A stretch of DNA of 64,000 nt, from assembly GCA_030704615.1 (NCBI GenBank), contig CM060732.1, positions 62,620,001-62,684,000 of the forward strand. The letters run 5' to 3'. Position numbers and translations under genes: made by a program. Source of the DNA: Takakia lepidozioides (taxonomy: Eukaryota > Plantae > Bryophyta). The notes under the pieces were generated by a model. It searched no databases, was not told the origin of the DNA, and was given only the letters and a program-made list of their open reading frames with translations. This document shows positions 50,349 to 62,450 of this stretch, one piece after another (the stretch's first letter is position 1; every line of letters begins with the position of its first letter).

Positions 50349-53300
50349 TGTGTTATGAAAATATGGCTCTCCTCTTTGTTAGCATACCTCCATAGCCTTA
50401 ATATAATTGGTTTGAGAAAACATTCATCCACTCTCATCAAGGATTTACGGTTCTTATCCAAAGGCACCACGTCCATACATAATTCCAGAAAAATTGATTG
50501 GCACTGAAAGCATGATGAAGAAGAGGATGAAGAAGAAGACGTCATCATCGTAAGCAAGATCACACATGCACAAAGGTACAAAGTAGGGAATTCCAAAAAG
50601 GCCTTGATGTGAAATGCATCGCAATTCACTTGATCACCCCCATACAAGTACGCAATTCAATTGAATTGCAAAGACAATTTTTTTTTAAATTGCAAAAACT
50701 AGCTTGAAAACAACCCTAATTTGCAATTCAATTGAATTGTAATCTACAAATTTTAACTTATATAATGTATAAAAAATGTATATAGTATATATACATATAT
50801 GTATGTATTTATGTATTTATTTATTATATATATATATACATACGAGAGTATAAGCTAAAAATATATGTTGCTCGTGTACTCTTGCTGCCCATCCACCTTT
50901 GCCCGTGGTAAGGCCTGAGCACGACTCCCTGAGCACGAGAGGAGTCATGAAGCCTAAAGGAAAGAGAGGGAAGATATACATGTCATGTCAAGACATGGAC
51001 AAGACCGCTAAGGTCATTGTCATTGAAAGACAAAACAGCCCTTTACAGGGCACCATCTAACATTCCCTTTCATGTTTACAATCTCATTTGAATACCCCAT
51101 TACATTTCAAGGTCTCTGAAAAAATAGGGTGGGAGGGTGGGATTCCAAGTCAATCATATCATGAAAGCACCATAGTTTGCACCATCATTTCAAAAACTCA
51201 TTTCAAACTCATTTCATTGCAGGTTTGGGGATATTTCCCATAATCAAGCTCATAGCACTTCAAGTTGAAACAGCCAGCCATTCATGCCTTAAGTATTTGC
51301 AAGTAGACACAACACCTTAGCAAACAAGTTGTGAAAACCAGATCGCAGGTCTTGGGACAGTCCCCAAGACTCATGCTAAAAAACAATTCAAGCTGAGTTT
51401 GAAACAGTTAAACAAATATGCCTTAAGCATTTGCTGGTTTACATCATGTTTCCTCTTGGCCTATTGACATGGTTCAAGACATGGTATATATCATGAGGCC
51501 GCATGCCAACATCCAGGTTTTGAACAAGTTTTCTCCCTAAAGGCTATTGCTGGCCTGAAGGTGACGTTTGAGTGTCGTGTCACAAGCAAGAATCATAAAA
51601 CAGAAGCAAGGCAAATTATCCCAAATTTGCCTGCTATCAGCCCTCAAATTCAGACTGTTATGAGAGCCTTAATGAGTGTGTGTGTTCCCTAAACAAGGCC
51701 TTGGTATGACTTTGATGGATCAAAAGGATAGGCTTTGATAGATAACACACATTCTTCAAGGCCCTCATATCATTTTGGTTTCATGGCTTGATAACTAACA
51801 GGGGTTTCTGAGCTGCTATTTCACCTTGGCAGAGCTATTTTATGAGGCCTTAAAATACCATTCCAGGCCTATACCTGCTTAAGGGGGCTCAACCATGTTG
51901 TTTCTTCTTCCTTTTTAAGAATTTTGCTTGTATCTTGGTTCTGAAACATCAACTTCAAACCAGTACTGTTTCTTAGGGAAGTGAAATGCTCAAGACCTGG
52001 ATTTTGTTTGCCTTGGCCTGTTAAAGACTCTCGATTTAAAGGCTTGGCTGCAGGCAGAGTTCTTCTGAATTTCTTTGTTAACTCAGATCTTTGGAGGTTC
52101 TGGAATACCACTCAAGACCTAGATATGTTTTGGAACACTCAACCTTGCATAGGTTTCATGTTTACTGCTTGTGGTTTGGCATTGATACATCACCAAACTA
52201 GCTTTGGAATGAAACCTCTCAGCTTGACTATGTTGTGTCAAACATCCAAGTATCAAAGCAGTCAGAGTAATAACTGCTATTTTGTACCCTTGTACCCTTC
52301 ATAGCTTAACTCCTACAAATGCAATAAAAAACCAGAAACAGGGGTGAGGAGAGAAGCAGATCCTCATTGGAGCGATCTTGGAGCAGGTCTGAAGCGGCAT
52401 GGTGGCAGTTTGAAACAACAAATGGCATTAGCAACTTAGGCAGCAGCAGTATCCACATTTGCAAGAACATGAGCTGCAAGCTTCAAGAAATGAAGACAAG
52501 TGAAGACCCTCACATGTGCCCGTCCCAAAAACCACCACATAGCGATGTGTGTTAGTGAGGATGCAGCAGGTGAGTGGCAGGTCTTCACAGTTGCTATCCA
52601 TGTCAGTGTTGAATTCTAAAGCATGTACAGATCACAATTCAAGCAAGGGTAAACTCAAAAAACCTTGAATGTTTGTGGTATGCCCTGCGCCATGGCGTCC
52701 AACAGATCGTCTCCAACAGAATGCAATCAAAGTAGAAGCGTTCACAGATAGAGAATGGCTCATACAAAAAAAGAGCAACATGTAATCTGTAGATAAATAG
52801 GGATAGAGTACTTCCCAACGAGGAGTAAAAGCGCCGCTGCAAAATAAAGAACCATGAGTTTCTGAGCAAAGCGATCATCGCTTTGTCGTCTGCCAGAGAG
52901 GAATCTGCCTAACCGCCACTACAACAGATGAGCGTTTTTATGACTTCACATATGACTATTTTTTCAGTCTTATATGCGTTCATGACTACATCACTCTGTA
53001 GTGAAAAAAAACCCTATCATAGCGACTAGTCTTTAGGACTGCGTTTTGCAAGTCATATCCATGACTGCTTGCGTGACACCTGGAGTCCTGCTGCAGAGAG
53101 GGTTGCAGTCACAACTATATGACTAATATATGACTACATTGTCTGTTGAGCGCTGCCTACATGGAGAGGCTTCAGCGGGACACGTGCGCCACTGCGCAAG
53201 CGACATGTCATGCATTCGTCAGGGGATCATATGACTATATGTCTGCAAAGTGATGCCTACATGGAGAGGCGACGGATGGACACGTGCGCCACTGCGAATT

Positions 53301-54090
53301 TGACATGTCACGACTTCTTGCCATGATCATATGACTACATGTCTGCAAAGTGATGCCTACATGGAAAGGCGCTAGCGAGATACGTGTGCTATGGCAGATT
53401 TCACACGTGGTGACTACATGACTCGCTCATATGACTACAGGGATGTCTACATGGAGAGTTGTTAGTGGGACACCTGTTGCACTTGAGATGTGACATGTGG
53501 CACACAGACAAAATATATGACTAGCATATATGACTACGGATCTTTACACGTGGTGAAAATATGGATAAAGAATGTCGTGTCATATACTGCCACGTGTTCT
53601 GGTTTGAGCAAGAGTGATGCCACGTGTCTCATTAAGATTGTTTTCCGAAATAGTTTATATTTTTAATGTTTTTATTTTATTTTTTAGTTTTCATTTAATA
53701 TTTAAAAGAACAGGGAGATTGCAGCCTTGGATTTTTTTTTAATGGTATTATTTTTAATATTATTATTTAAAATGAAAGTGAATTAAATGATTTAAAATCT
53801 TCATTACATGGTGAAATTCCAACATGAAAACAGAATGGATCCCTCCTGCATACTATCAACCACAAGAAGAATGAAAATAGTCAACTACAGGGCAGCCCTA
53901 TAAATCACATTACAAAAATCCAAATGAGACCAATATCCCAATGGACACCTCAAAAGCCACAAGGTCAAAAAATCCATGCCTCAAAAGGCCCAGCCAAAAA
54001 CAAGCAAGCCCACACATGGGCTGAATTGTTGTAGCTAGTATGTTTTAGTGCTATTAGAATCAAGAACTCTGTTAAACAGTGCAATACAGA

Positions 54091-57000
54091 CTATCCCTTC
54101 CGCAGCTCCATAAGTTTCAGTAACTTTAGAGTCCAAAGTGTTGTCTGGCCAACCACCTGCCCCAACTCGGTCTGTTTCCTAACACCATTCACATATGGTA
54201 GATGGGTGTTACTGACACATGCCTCTTTGATGTACACACAGGCATAATCAAGGGGCACAGCAGGGTACCCGTAACCCACCACAACACCTTGAAGAGCAAC
54301 AATCAGCCCTACTCCACATTTCTTGCGTTTGGAGTTCACATCCAACAGCCGAACCTCGTCACCCACCCTGAACTGTGATCCCAACTCCACACAAAAAAGA
54401 ACACGATGTGAAAACCCATGACATACACACGACTAGGACACTCAACATTTGCGAGTTAAAGAGAGCCCCAAGGTTGGAAAAAATATAACAAACAAGACAA
54501 CGGCCTGGACTTACTTCATTTGCAGTCTCCAGTGGTGGTGAGACCTCTTTTGGGGGGCTACTCGCCGGGTCGACACTCTTGCCCCTCGTCTGTACCGGCT
54601 TGTCGACAATATCACCTTTGTTTGTCACAAGTTCCTGTGTCACAGACCAGAGAACAACCACGAAAGCAATGAGCAAACAGGAATAGTGAATAGAAACTAA
54701 ATCCAAGTATGAATCAAACAAAAAAAACCAACATGAAAAGCTGCAAAGAAAACCTAGCTTTAATCAAGCAACCGAGGAGAAGCATCCAGGAAAACAATCC
54801 AATGAATGAACCCACAAAAATGTAGCCTCTGGAGCACTGTCAGAATGTTTGTACCTTCATAGTAGCAGTGTTGTATGGTTGTTGTCCGAAAACAGGCTGA
54901 GACTCCAAAAACTTGGGAATACTGACAGCTTTCGATGTCTTCCACAAGAAAGGCCACAACACCTCTGTTAGATACTCATCAGTTGGTGAATCTGGTTGCA
55001 CCTTCCATGGCTCTGGAAAAATCCCACTGAAGGGAGGATTGTTTGTCGCCTTTCTTGGTGTGTCGTCAACAAGAACAGTGTCCTCATAAGTCCATTCTGG
55101 CCAGTCTGCCCACACTGTAGACAAGTTCTTGAAATATAATGGCTTTGAATCAGACCCCTTACGGCATGGGAGGACTGGATCCTCGTCACAGTGAAGGGCA
55201 TCCCACTGGAAAACCAGGTTAGTGTGGGCTGCAAAAATATAGTCCACCATTGGGAAGAAGTTGCGAGCTTGACAACAAGACCACACAGCCACCTCAAAGT
55301 GTTCAAAACACTTTTGCAAAAAGTCATAACAGTGTGGTCTCAAAACTACCATCTTCTTGCCACACATCTTCCCCACAAAACCTTTGGGAAGGGATGCAGG
55401 CCCATTAGCAGAATGAAAAGATTCACATAACAGACCATTTAAGTCCAGAATTAGTAAATGCTTCCTCGTTGGTCCAGGAAGTAAACTGACATTTGGCTTC
55501 AACATGTGAGCAGGAGAAATTAAAGCAACCTGCTTGTTTGTTTTGTCCCCGTCTGCATCTTCCTCCCCATCTAAACTCCCACATACCTGCATACCAAAAT
55601 CCGGTGTGCCCGGCGGCTCTGTCACCATTGCCCCCTGGACTGCTATTGCCTTTGTACGTGGCAAGGGCTAAATTTCCACGTGTACCTCACAGCTGGCCTT
55701 CCCTGTATCCTGCTGCTGCTCGGTCAAATTCAAAAGATCATCAGTGACAGGAAGACATAAGGGCTTAGAGTGAGCACCCGTTACCGTCTGAAATTGGGAT
55801 TCCAAACATTTTGATACTGTCACAGTAGACGTATCCATCGTAGATGTCACTGGTCCTGCGCCTGGTAGATTAATCCCCAATCTGGTCACAATGGCTTTCT
55901 GGTACTCAATCATACTCTGCATCTGTAATTTTAATTCTGCCATGTCACGTCCTTGTGATTCCACCAGTTTGTCCAAGCCATCCATCCTGCCAACTACTGT
56001 AGAATATGTGAGACTTCCCTCCTGCCAATCCATGAAAACTTGCCCAAGTATGAATCAAACCAAAAAAACCTAGCATGAACAACCATTGGAAAGAAAACCC
56101 AGGCCAAAAGCCATGAAAAAAACCCTAGCAACCTATGATGCAGCAACCACTCTAGCAAACGTGGAAAACACACTTACCCGCCTGTCACTCCCAGCTGACA
56201 ACCGTGACACTGAACCCTCTTGAATTTCATATAATGTAGGAGGGCACCCTGATAGTGTTTCCTACAAATTAATCCATGCCACAAACAAACCCATGCCACA
56301 AGTCAGTAAGCAATGTGAGGGCTGACTATATACACATAGCAATTCAATGAGGAACAAAATACAGAGTCGTGATGATGCCACTTACCAAGCGTGCTTCCAC
56401 CATTGCCTTCCCTCCACGGCCAGTCTTGGTAGGATTCAGAATTGCACCATTTGCCTTCTTCATGTTGCCCGACACTTTGTGGAACACCTCTGTCTGCCAG
56501 TAACTTACAAGCTTGTTCCATACCTCGTCAGATACAGTAATGGGTTTCCCCTTACCACCCAACCACGCAGTGTGTGCTTCATAACGCTGGCTCTTCATTA
56601 TTCTGCCAATTGTTTGTTTTAGGTGGAAGTCTTTTAACTCGTGTGGCGTATATGAAAATAGATTAGCCATGTGATCTCTGATTTCGTATACAACTTCATC
56701 AGGTTGGTTGTTGATGGCAAGGGAACAATCTAGCTTGCGATAAGCCTGTCCTTTAAGGGCAGCGTGCCATACATTCCGGGTCTGACCATACGGGGCTCCT
56801 TTGAGGTTCGTCAAAATCACCGTGGGAGGAAGACCTGCAGCTATTCTCTCTTCCTTGACCTTGGCAGCTTCAATTTGGCTGAGCTATTAGCCCTCCTTAA
56901 AGCATTGGTTCTATCATTCTTTGAAACGGCACCCTCCCCTCCCTCAGAGACCTCCGTGCGCTCAGGAGAATTCAAAGCAGGATCCTGCCAAGTAGGGACT

Positions 57001-58226
57001 GGTGGCCATGGCTGTTGGCCAGAAGGCCGAGGACCATACTGGCCATATTGTCCATAAGCAGGAGGATATTCCGGTGGCCTGCCACCCCCATAGCTATTAG
57101 GGGGTGGCAAATACGGTGGAGGAGGATACTGGCCATACTGCCCATATGGAGGAGCACCATATTGACCCTAACCATACTGAGTGCCAGACTGTGGGTACTG
57201 AGGCATACCATAATAAGGTGGGGGTACTGGTGGCACAGAACCCACAACGTTGGGAGAGTTAGGGCCACCTCCTGCGTTCTTGTGGGCGCCATCTCCATTG
57301 CTAGCAGCAGGGATCGTGGATCCAGTGCGCTTGTGCTTGCCCTGAAAAGAAATTCCCCCAGTACAATGTGGGTGATTACACATATATATAGGCAGCAAGC
57401 AGCAAATCCTTGAATTCAGGCAAAACAAACTGGAAGCACATATCATTTGTAAAGACAAGATTACCCAAAACTCAGTATGATCTTGGGCAGTAAATCTCCC
57501 AAATTTGATTGGCCCCAACGATGTCCTCCCAGTACATTTTTGAGCCCTCTTAGGTATGGGGTGTTCCTGAAATCCATAGCAAAAATTCAAATGGACAAAC
57601 CTGATGGGTCCATGAGAAGTATCCCTCCAAGTTTTACTGATATTCTGGGTGCATAAGTAAACCAAGTATCTCTATAAGTAGCCATTGTAGCTTAGTACCG
57701 GGACGTTGGTTTCATGGGGCAAAGAATTTGAACACACCTGAAGTCTACATTGGCCTGACATCATGCCTTTGGCACTTCAACTTGTCTAGTGGAAATCATT
57801 TGTGATTGTGCCTTGGCTGACCCCTGCATTGTCCAACTTCCCTGTCTTGACAGATATACCGTATTTCTTCGTGATTTTACCAAAAACATACATAATTAGA
57901 ATCATGGTCATTGTGAAGAACTATAACTCACAGACGGAGAAGGTGTTCGTAGTGTAGATGATGGGCGTTTTTGTCCTGCGACATGAGCATGGGCATGTTC
58001 TCCTCGGCTTGCCGTGGCATCCGCCGACGACGCACTCGCCTCGCACTGGCGTGGGAGGAGTGGATCGTCCTCATCGTCCTCAGAAGAGCCCTCATGCAGA
58101 ATCATAGTCTTCATCGTCTTCAGTCTGGCACTTTGCCTTGCAGGACCTTGATCCCTAGCTTTTTCCTTCGGAGCGCGTGGCTTGTGAGGGCGATTCGCTC
58201 CCGCAAACCTGCAAAAACACCTCCAT
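54091..58226 (-). pseudogene. TnpA-like multi-exon gene: Pro/Tyr/Gly-rich region, Ptta/En/Spm (Transposase_24-like) domain, coiled coil, FCP1/NIF phosphatase domain, Tnp1/En/Spm-like domain
   Basis: Phase-0 exons ~58226-57932, 57341-56386, 56261-56178, 56021-54855, 54634-54515, 54384-54091. Motifs WNKLVSYWQTE..SGNMKKAN..TGRGG and GDEVRLLD..G..VPLDYACVYI..LPY..LGQVVGQTTLW. TAG stops at 57168, 56841 and 55668, plus one frameshift. Start position is uncertain. Confidence 0.72.
54960..55470 (-). other. FCP1/NIF-family HAD phosphatase-like domain within the CACTA ORF
   Basis: KHLLILDLNGLL (DxDxT variant DLNGL), LRPHCYDFLQKCFEHFEVAVWS, LYFKNLSTVW, DTVLVDDTPRKATNNP. Confidence 0.88.
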
Positions 58227-58811
58227 GACCTCCCTCTCAAACAATCACAAACAAATGTAAGCATACATACCCTAATACTCTTAAGCCTACGCTGAACCAC
58301 AGCCGCACCCTACCAGGACGTAATGCCTGCCCACGAATGACGGCGGACATCTCCCGCCTAATGACACACCCTCCTCAAACCTAATCGTCACTCACTGCAT
58401 GTTGTTTGCTTCTCTGTTTGTACAAGTCGCAGCTACTCGCCCCCATTTGTGCTATGAAGCTTATGATCGCTGTAGGAAGGTTAGAGGATAAGACAAATCG
58501 CAAGTTTAGTTGGTGGGTATCCAAAGTCAGGAACTAAACTCACCCATCTATCGACTGCTTGAACGTTGCTTCCACCTCCTTTATGGCAGCAATCCGGCGC
58601 TCTCGGAACTTCTCGTACTCAGTGAGAGGGATTGTCACTTCGAAGACCTTCCGCTTCACCATGGACACTCAGAAACGATACTTATAGTATACTATAGATA
58701 TAGAAATAGCACATTGGCAGCTGGTGCAAAACTAGAGACAATGCACTGTGCGTAGCATGCAAAGAGGGAAGGGGTGACGTTCAAAGCATGTACAGTGCAG
58801 GTGGCGAACGG

Positions 58812-61201
58812 ATGCATAGGCGTAGAATAGATGACCGTCTATGGCGAATGGAAGAAGCTTATGCCACAAGGAATGGGCATACAAAAATGCTATGCAACTG
58901 CGATGAGTGTCATGGAGGAAAAGTACTGTTGTTGAAAACAGTGAGGAATCATTACATGATACACGGGAGGGGTCCTCTTCTCCAACGCTGTTCTCTTCCG
59001 GTAAGATCGTCACTTTCCCTTCAGCACTTTAGTTTGAATTTTGAATGCAACGATCCTCTTCTCCACATGTCAATATTTCGTTGGGTGATTGTAGTCAAGA
59101 AGTCATAAGATACAGACGTGACTATGACTACGCCACTTCCGTTATCACTTTAATTAATGCACATGTCGTGTTTTCATTGGTCATGTGTAGTCATGTAGTC
59201 ATATATGACTAAGTAAGTGACTGCAACTATGACTTCAATGGTTACAAATGTCGTGTTTTGATTGGGTGTATATTCATAAGATACATACGTAAATATGACT
59301 GCATCACTGCAACGTCACCGTGCCTCCTATGTCATAATATGAACAAGTGTCACATCGTTGTTGGTCCACTCACAAGATGACTATTGGGATGCAGGGATGT
59401 GAATATTCAGATGATGAAGACGAAGGCCCTGCGGCACAACGGGAGCCCAATGTCACAGAGAACGCAGATGAGAGTGGTGGATTGGAGGTAGAAATGCAGC
59501 GTGCATTGCAGGAAGCGTTTCTTTTTGCAGATGCAAACAGAGAGGACCCCATTCATGGTGGAACCGATCACACATTTCCCGATCATGACGATGATCTCGA
59601 CGATTTCGGAGACAATGAATTTGATGAGAATGCTCACCTGCACGTTGATCCCGAGTATGATAAACTCTTCCGAGCGTCGCAATGTCCACTCCAAAAACGC
59701 AGACTGGAAGTAGAGTATGAGGAATTGAGAACTGAAGCAGTTCTCACTCTGTGTCTTATAGAGAAGGAGTTCCCACCATCATTTTTTGATGTGATGACAC
59801 ATATGGTTGTTCACCTAGTGGATGAGTTGTACTTATGCGGGCCCGTAGCATCTCGTTGGATGTACCCCATGGAGCGGGCAATGAAAGATATGAAGGGCTA
59901 CGTAAGAAACATGGCAAGGCCCGAGGGGAGCATGGCAGAAGGATACCAATTTGAAGAAGCATTGGGTTTTTGCACAGAGTATATGGCAGGATTTGATGGA
60001 AGTGTACGAAGGGTGTGGGATGCAGATGAGGCAGAATCTGTGGAACGTGAAGTTGTGGAAGGAAGTTCTAAAGCCCGAAAATTGAATGACCTGTGTGATA
60101 TTGTACATGAGTACATCATTCAGAACCATCCTCGTCTATCAGTCATGTTGGGGTAAGAAATCTACTTCATTGACATTCACATTTCCAAGTTTTAGTCATT
60201 TATCATTAGTTGGCATATGGCGTCTTTTCAAATCTCCCACGCCACCTCTGTCAATCTCCTGGCTGACCCTTGGATTGTGACAGGATATATGAAGCAGAGT
60301 CCACACGGATAGAAGCCAAACGACGCTTGTTTCGTGAGGAGCAAGGGCTGGAAGGCATGAGCAATCCCACGGCAATTCAGTACCCTCCTGATTTGCATCC
60401 TTGTCCTCCATTTGATGTTTGGCTCCCTCAAGGTGTACGGGATCATCTCTCAATTCAATCAGATGGGCTTGATCCTACAACACGTGAGGAATTACTGGAT
60501 CTTTCAAGGCCTCCATCATTTACTGCCCTGTCATTCAAGAGTATGACAGCGTATGGTAACCATTACAGGGTTACATCCCCCGGCATGAACACAACAAGTA
60601 TGGTGTCTTTTGATTGTGGAGTCTCATCTGTTTTCCAGCACCAGCCCATTACCAACAATTCAGGCAATGACATGGAGGAACCTACAAGATATGTGGGTCT
60701 TATAAGGGAGATTTTGCAAATTGACTATGGCCAAACACAGCCTATAGTGTTTTTGTGTTCGTGGGTACGGGCGAGTTGCGTGAGTCGTCAACCTATGTCA
60801 ATGAAGAAGGATGATGCTGGCTTCACACTTGTCAATTTTAACCGTATGCTTCCACCTTCTGAGCAATTTTTTGTGTTTCCTGGCCAGGTTGATCAAGTGT
60901 TTTTTCTGATTGTGTGAAGGAGCCGAGGTGGAAAGTCATCCTGGAGAAGAGCCCCCGAGCACGTAGAGTGGTCTGCGACATATCAATTGATAATGATGAT
61001 GTGGCGGAACTGGAAGGATTGTTAGCCCCACAAAGACTAGAGGAGACTGTGGTTACTGATGGCCCAACATGCAGCCGAGCGGTACCGGTTACTCCAGAGC
61101 AGGTGGCCTCCTTGTACCTCCGAGCACCCCGTATACGTGGTGATGATGTTCAACCAACCCTTGGAGAAGATGAAGTCTGTGATGAAGACAGTGATACATG
61201 A
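58812..61201 (+). pseudogene. TnpD/Tnp2 CACTA transposase with deleted catalytic core
   Basis: Exons 58812-59000 (LCNCDEC..VRNHY transposase-associated Zn motif), 59395-60152 (FPPSFFDVMTHMVVHL..GPV..RWMYPMER..PEGSMAEGY, DUF4218-like) and 60284-61201 (YGNHYRV, YVGLIREI..VFLCSWV..GFTLVNF..FVFPGQVDQVFF, DUF4216-like). Frameshift near 60905. Confidence 0.9.
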
Positions 61202-61594
61202 CATAGATGAGGATGATGAAGATTAGATATGCGCGATTTGTGCACTCCAGTTATAGACCATGCATGATAGTTTAAGGTGGTAACACTCCCTTCGCATTCC
61301 CATTAAGATATCATGCTTGGACACTGGATTTTATGATCAATTATGGAGTGCTTTCCTTTCAGCACCCTTTATTCATTTGTTGTTGCAATTGGCTTTGGAC
61401 CAACCCGTGCTGGTACCATTGCCATGGGTTCTGCCTGCAATGTTTTCTTGCCATGGATTCGGCACATGCCACGAAAGGCCATCCATACCATCCTCTGGAA
61501 ATGCTCCAATGTTGTTTCAAACATCTCCACATTGCAATGGATACAACACTGACATTAGATGAGTGAAAGTGAGACTAGACCTCCAGCCAGCCGG

Positions 61595-61730
61595 CTTTCC
61601 CACATCAAATTGAAGGGGATCTATAGATTATAGATAACGGCTGTTGCCTTCTCAATGTCTTTTCCAATCACCTCTGCAATGAACTGGGGTATAAGATCAT
61701 TCAAATCACAAGTTTGAGCATCACGCACAA
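61595..61730 (-). pseudogene. RPS3a: Captured 40S ribosomal protein S3a (eS1) fragment, copy 1
   Basis: VRDAQTCDLNDLIPQFIAEVIGKDIEKATAVIY..., then FDVGK. Confidence 0.82.
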
Positions 61731-62334
61731 GCCACTTACGGGGATAGAGTTTCCAATGCGAACCATTGGTCTTCTATTGATAGCATTGTTGTAAAATACA
61801 TGGACCAACATGGTCAATTTCGGGAATGACATATAGTACGCTTTCATGTACTATGTAAGCATGCAACTATGTACCAGTGACGTGGCTTGTTCGCCACTTA
61901 ACCTGTTTGCCCATTCAGCCAGCTCCACATTGTCATGGATTTTGCATGCTGGATTGTGAGGCCATCCACACCGTCCTCTGGAAATGCTATCATGGGGTTT
62001 CAGCTATGTCCACATTTCCCTGGATTATGCCTGCACGAAGCAAGGCCAACTGCATTCAGCACCCTCCACTTTATTATAGTATTGCAGCAACATTCAAAGC
62101 ACTTCAATTTGTATCCATCGAAAACATCTAGGCTGGAAAAAGACATTGTTGCAGCAGAACTTAGGAAAGTACTTCTCCCCTTCCACTATACACGTGAAAT
62201 GAAAGAAGCCAACCAACAGCATACCAGCCAAGAAAATATGAAACCAGCCAAGAAAAGAGCCAATATATGCAGTGAAGGTCGACACTAAATGAAACTTATC
62301 CAACACTTACATTAGAGGAGGGAAGCTAAGTCTT

Positions 62335-62450
62335 ACCTCCATAAGCTTGCCCACATAAAATTTGGGAGCTTTTAGAATTTCTCCTTTCCGGTTGAATGAA
62401 CTTGGCTACAAGATCCTTCAAATCGCAAGTTTGAGCTTCACACACAATGA
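62335..62450 (-). pseudogene. RPS3a: Captured 40S ribosomal protein S3a (eS1) fragment, copy 2
   Basis: EAQTCDLKDLVAKFI.PE, then frameshifted ILKAPKFYVGKLME followed by a GTAAG donor. Confidence 0.85.

Noticed and set aside
50981-52317. Solo LTR (purine tract, then TGTCA...CTACA)
   Set aside because: No matching TSD or second copy in the window, so boundaries are unsupported.
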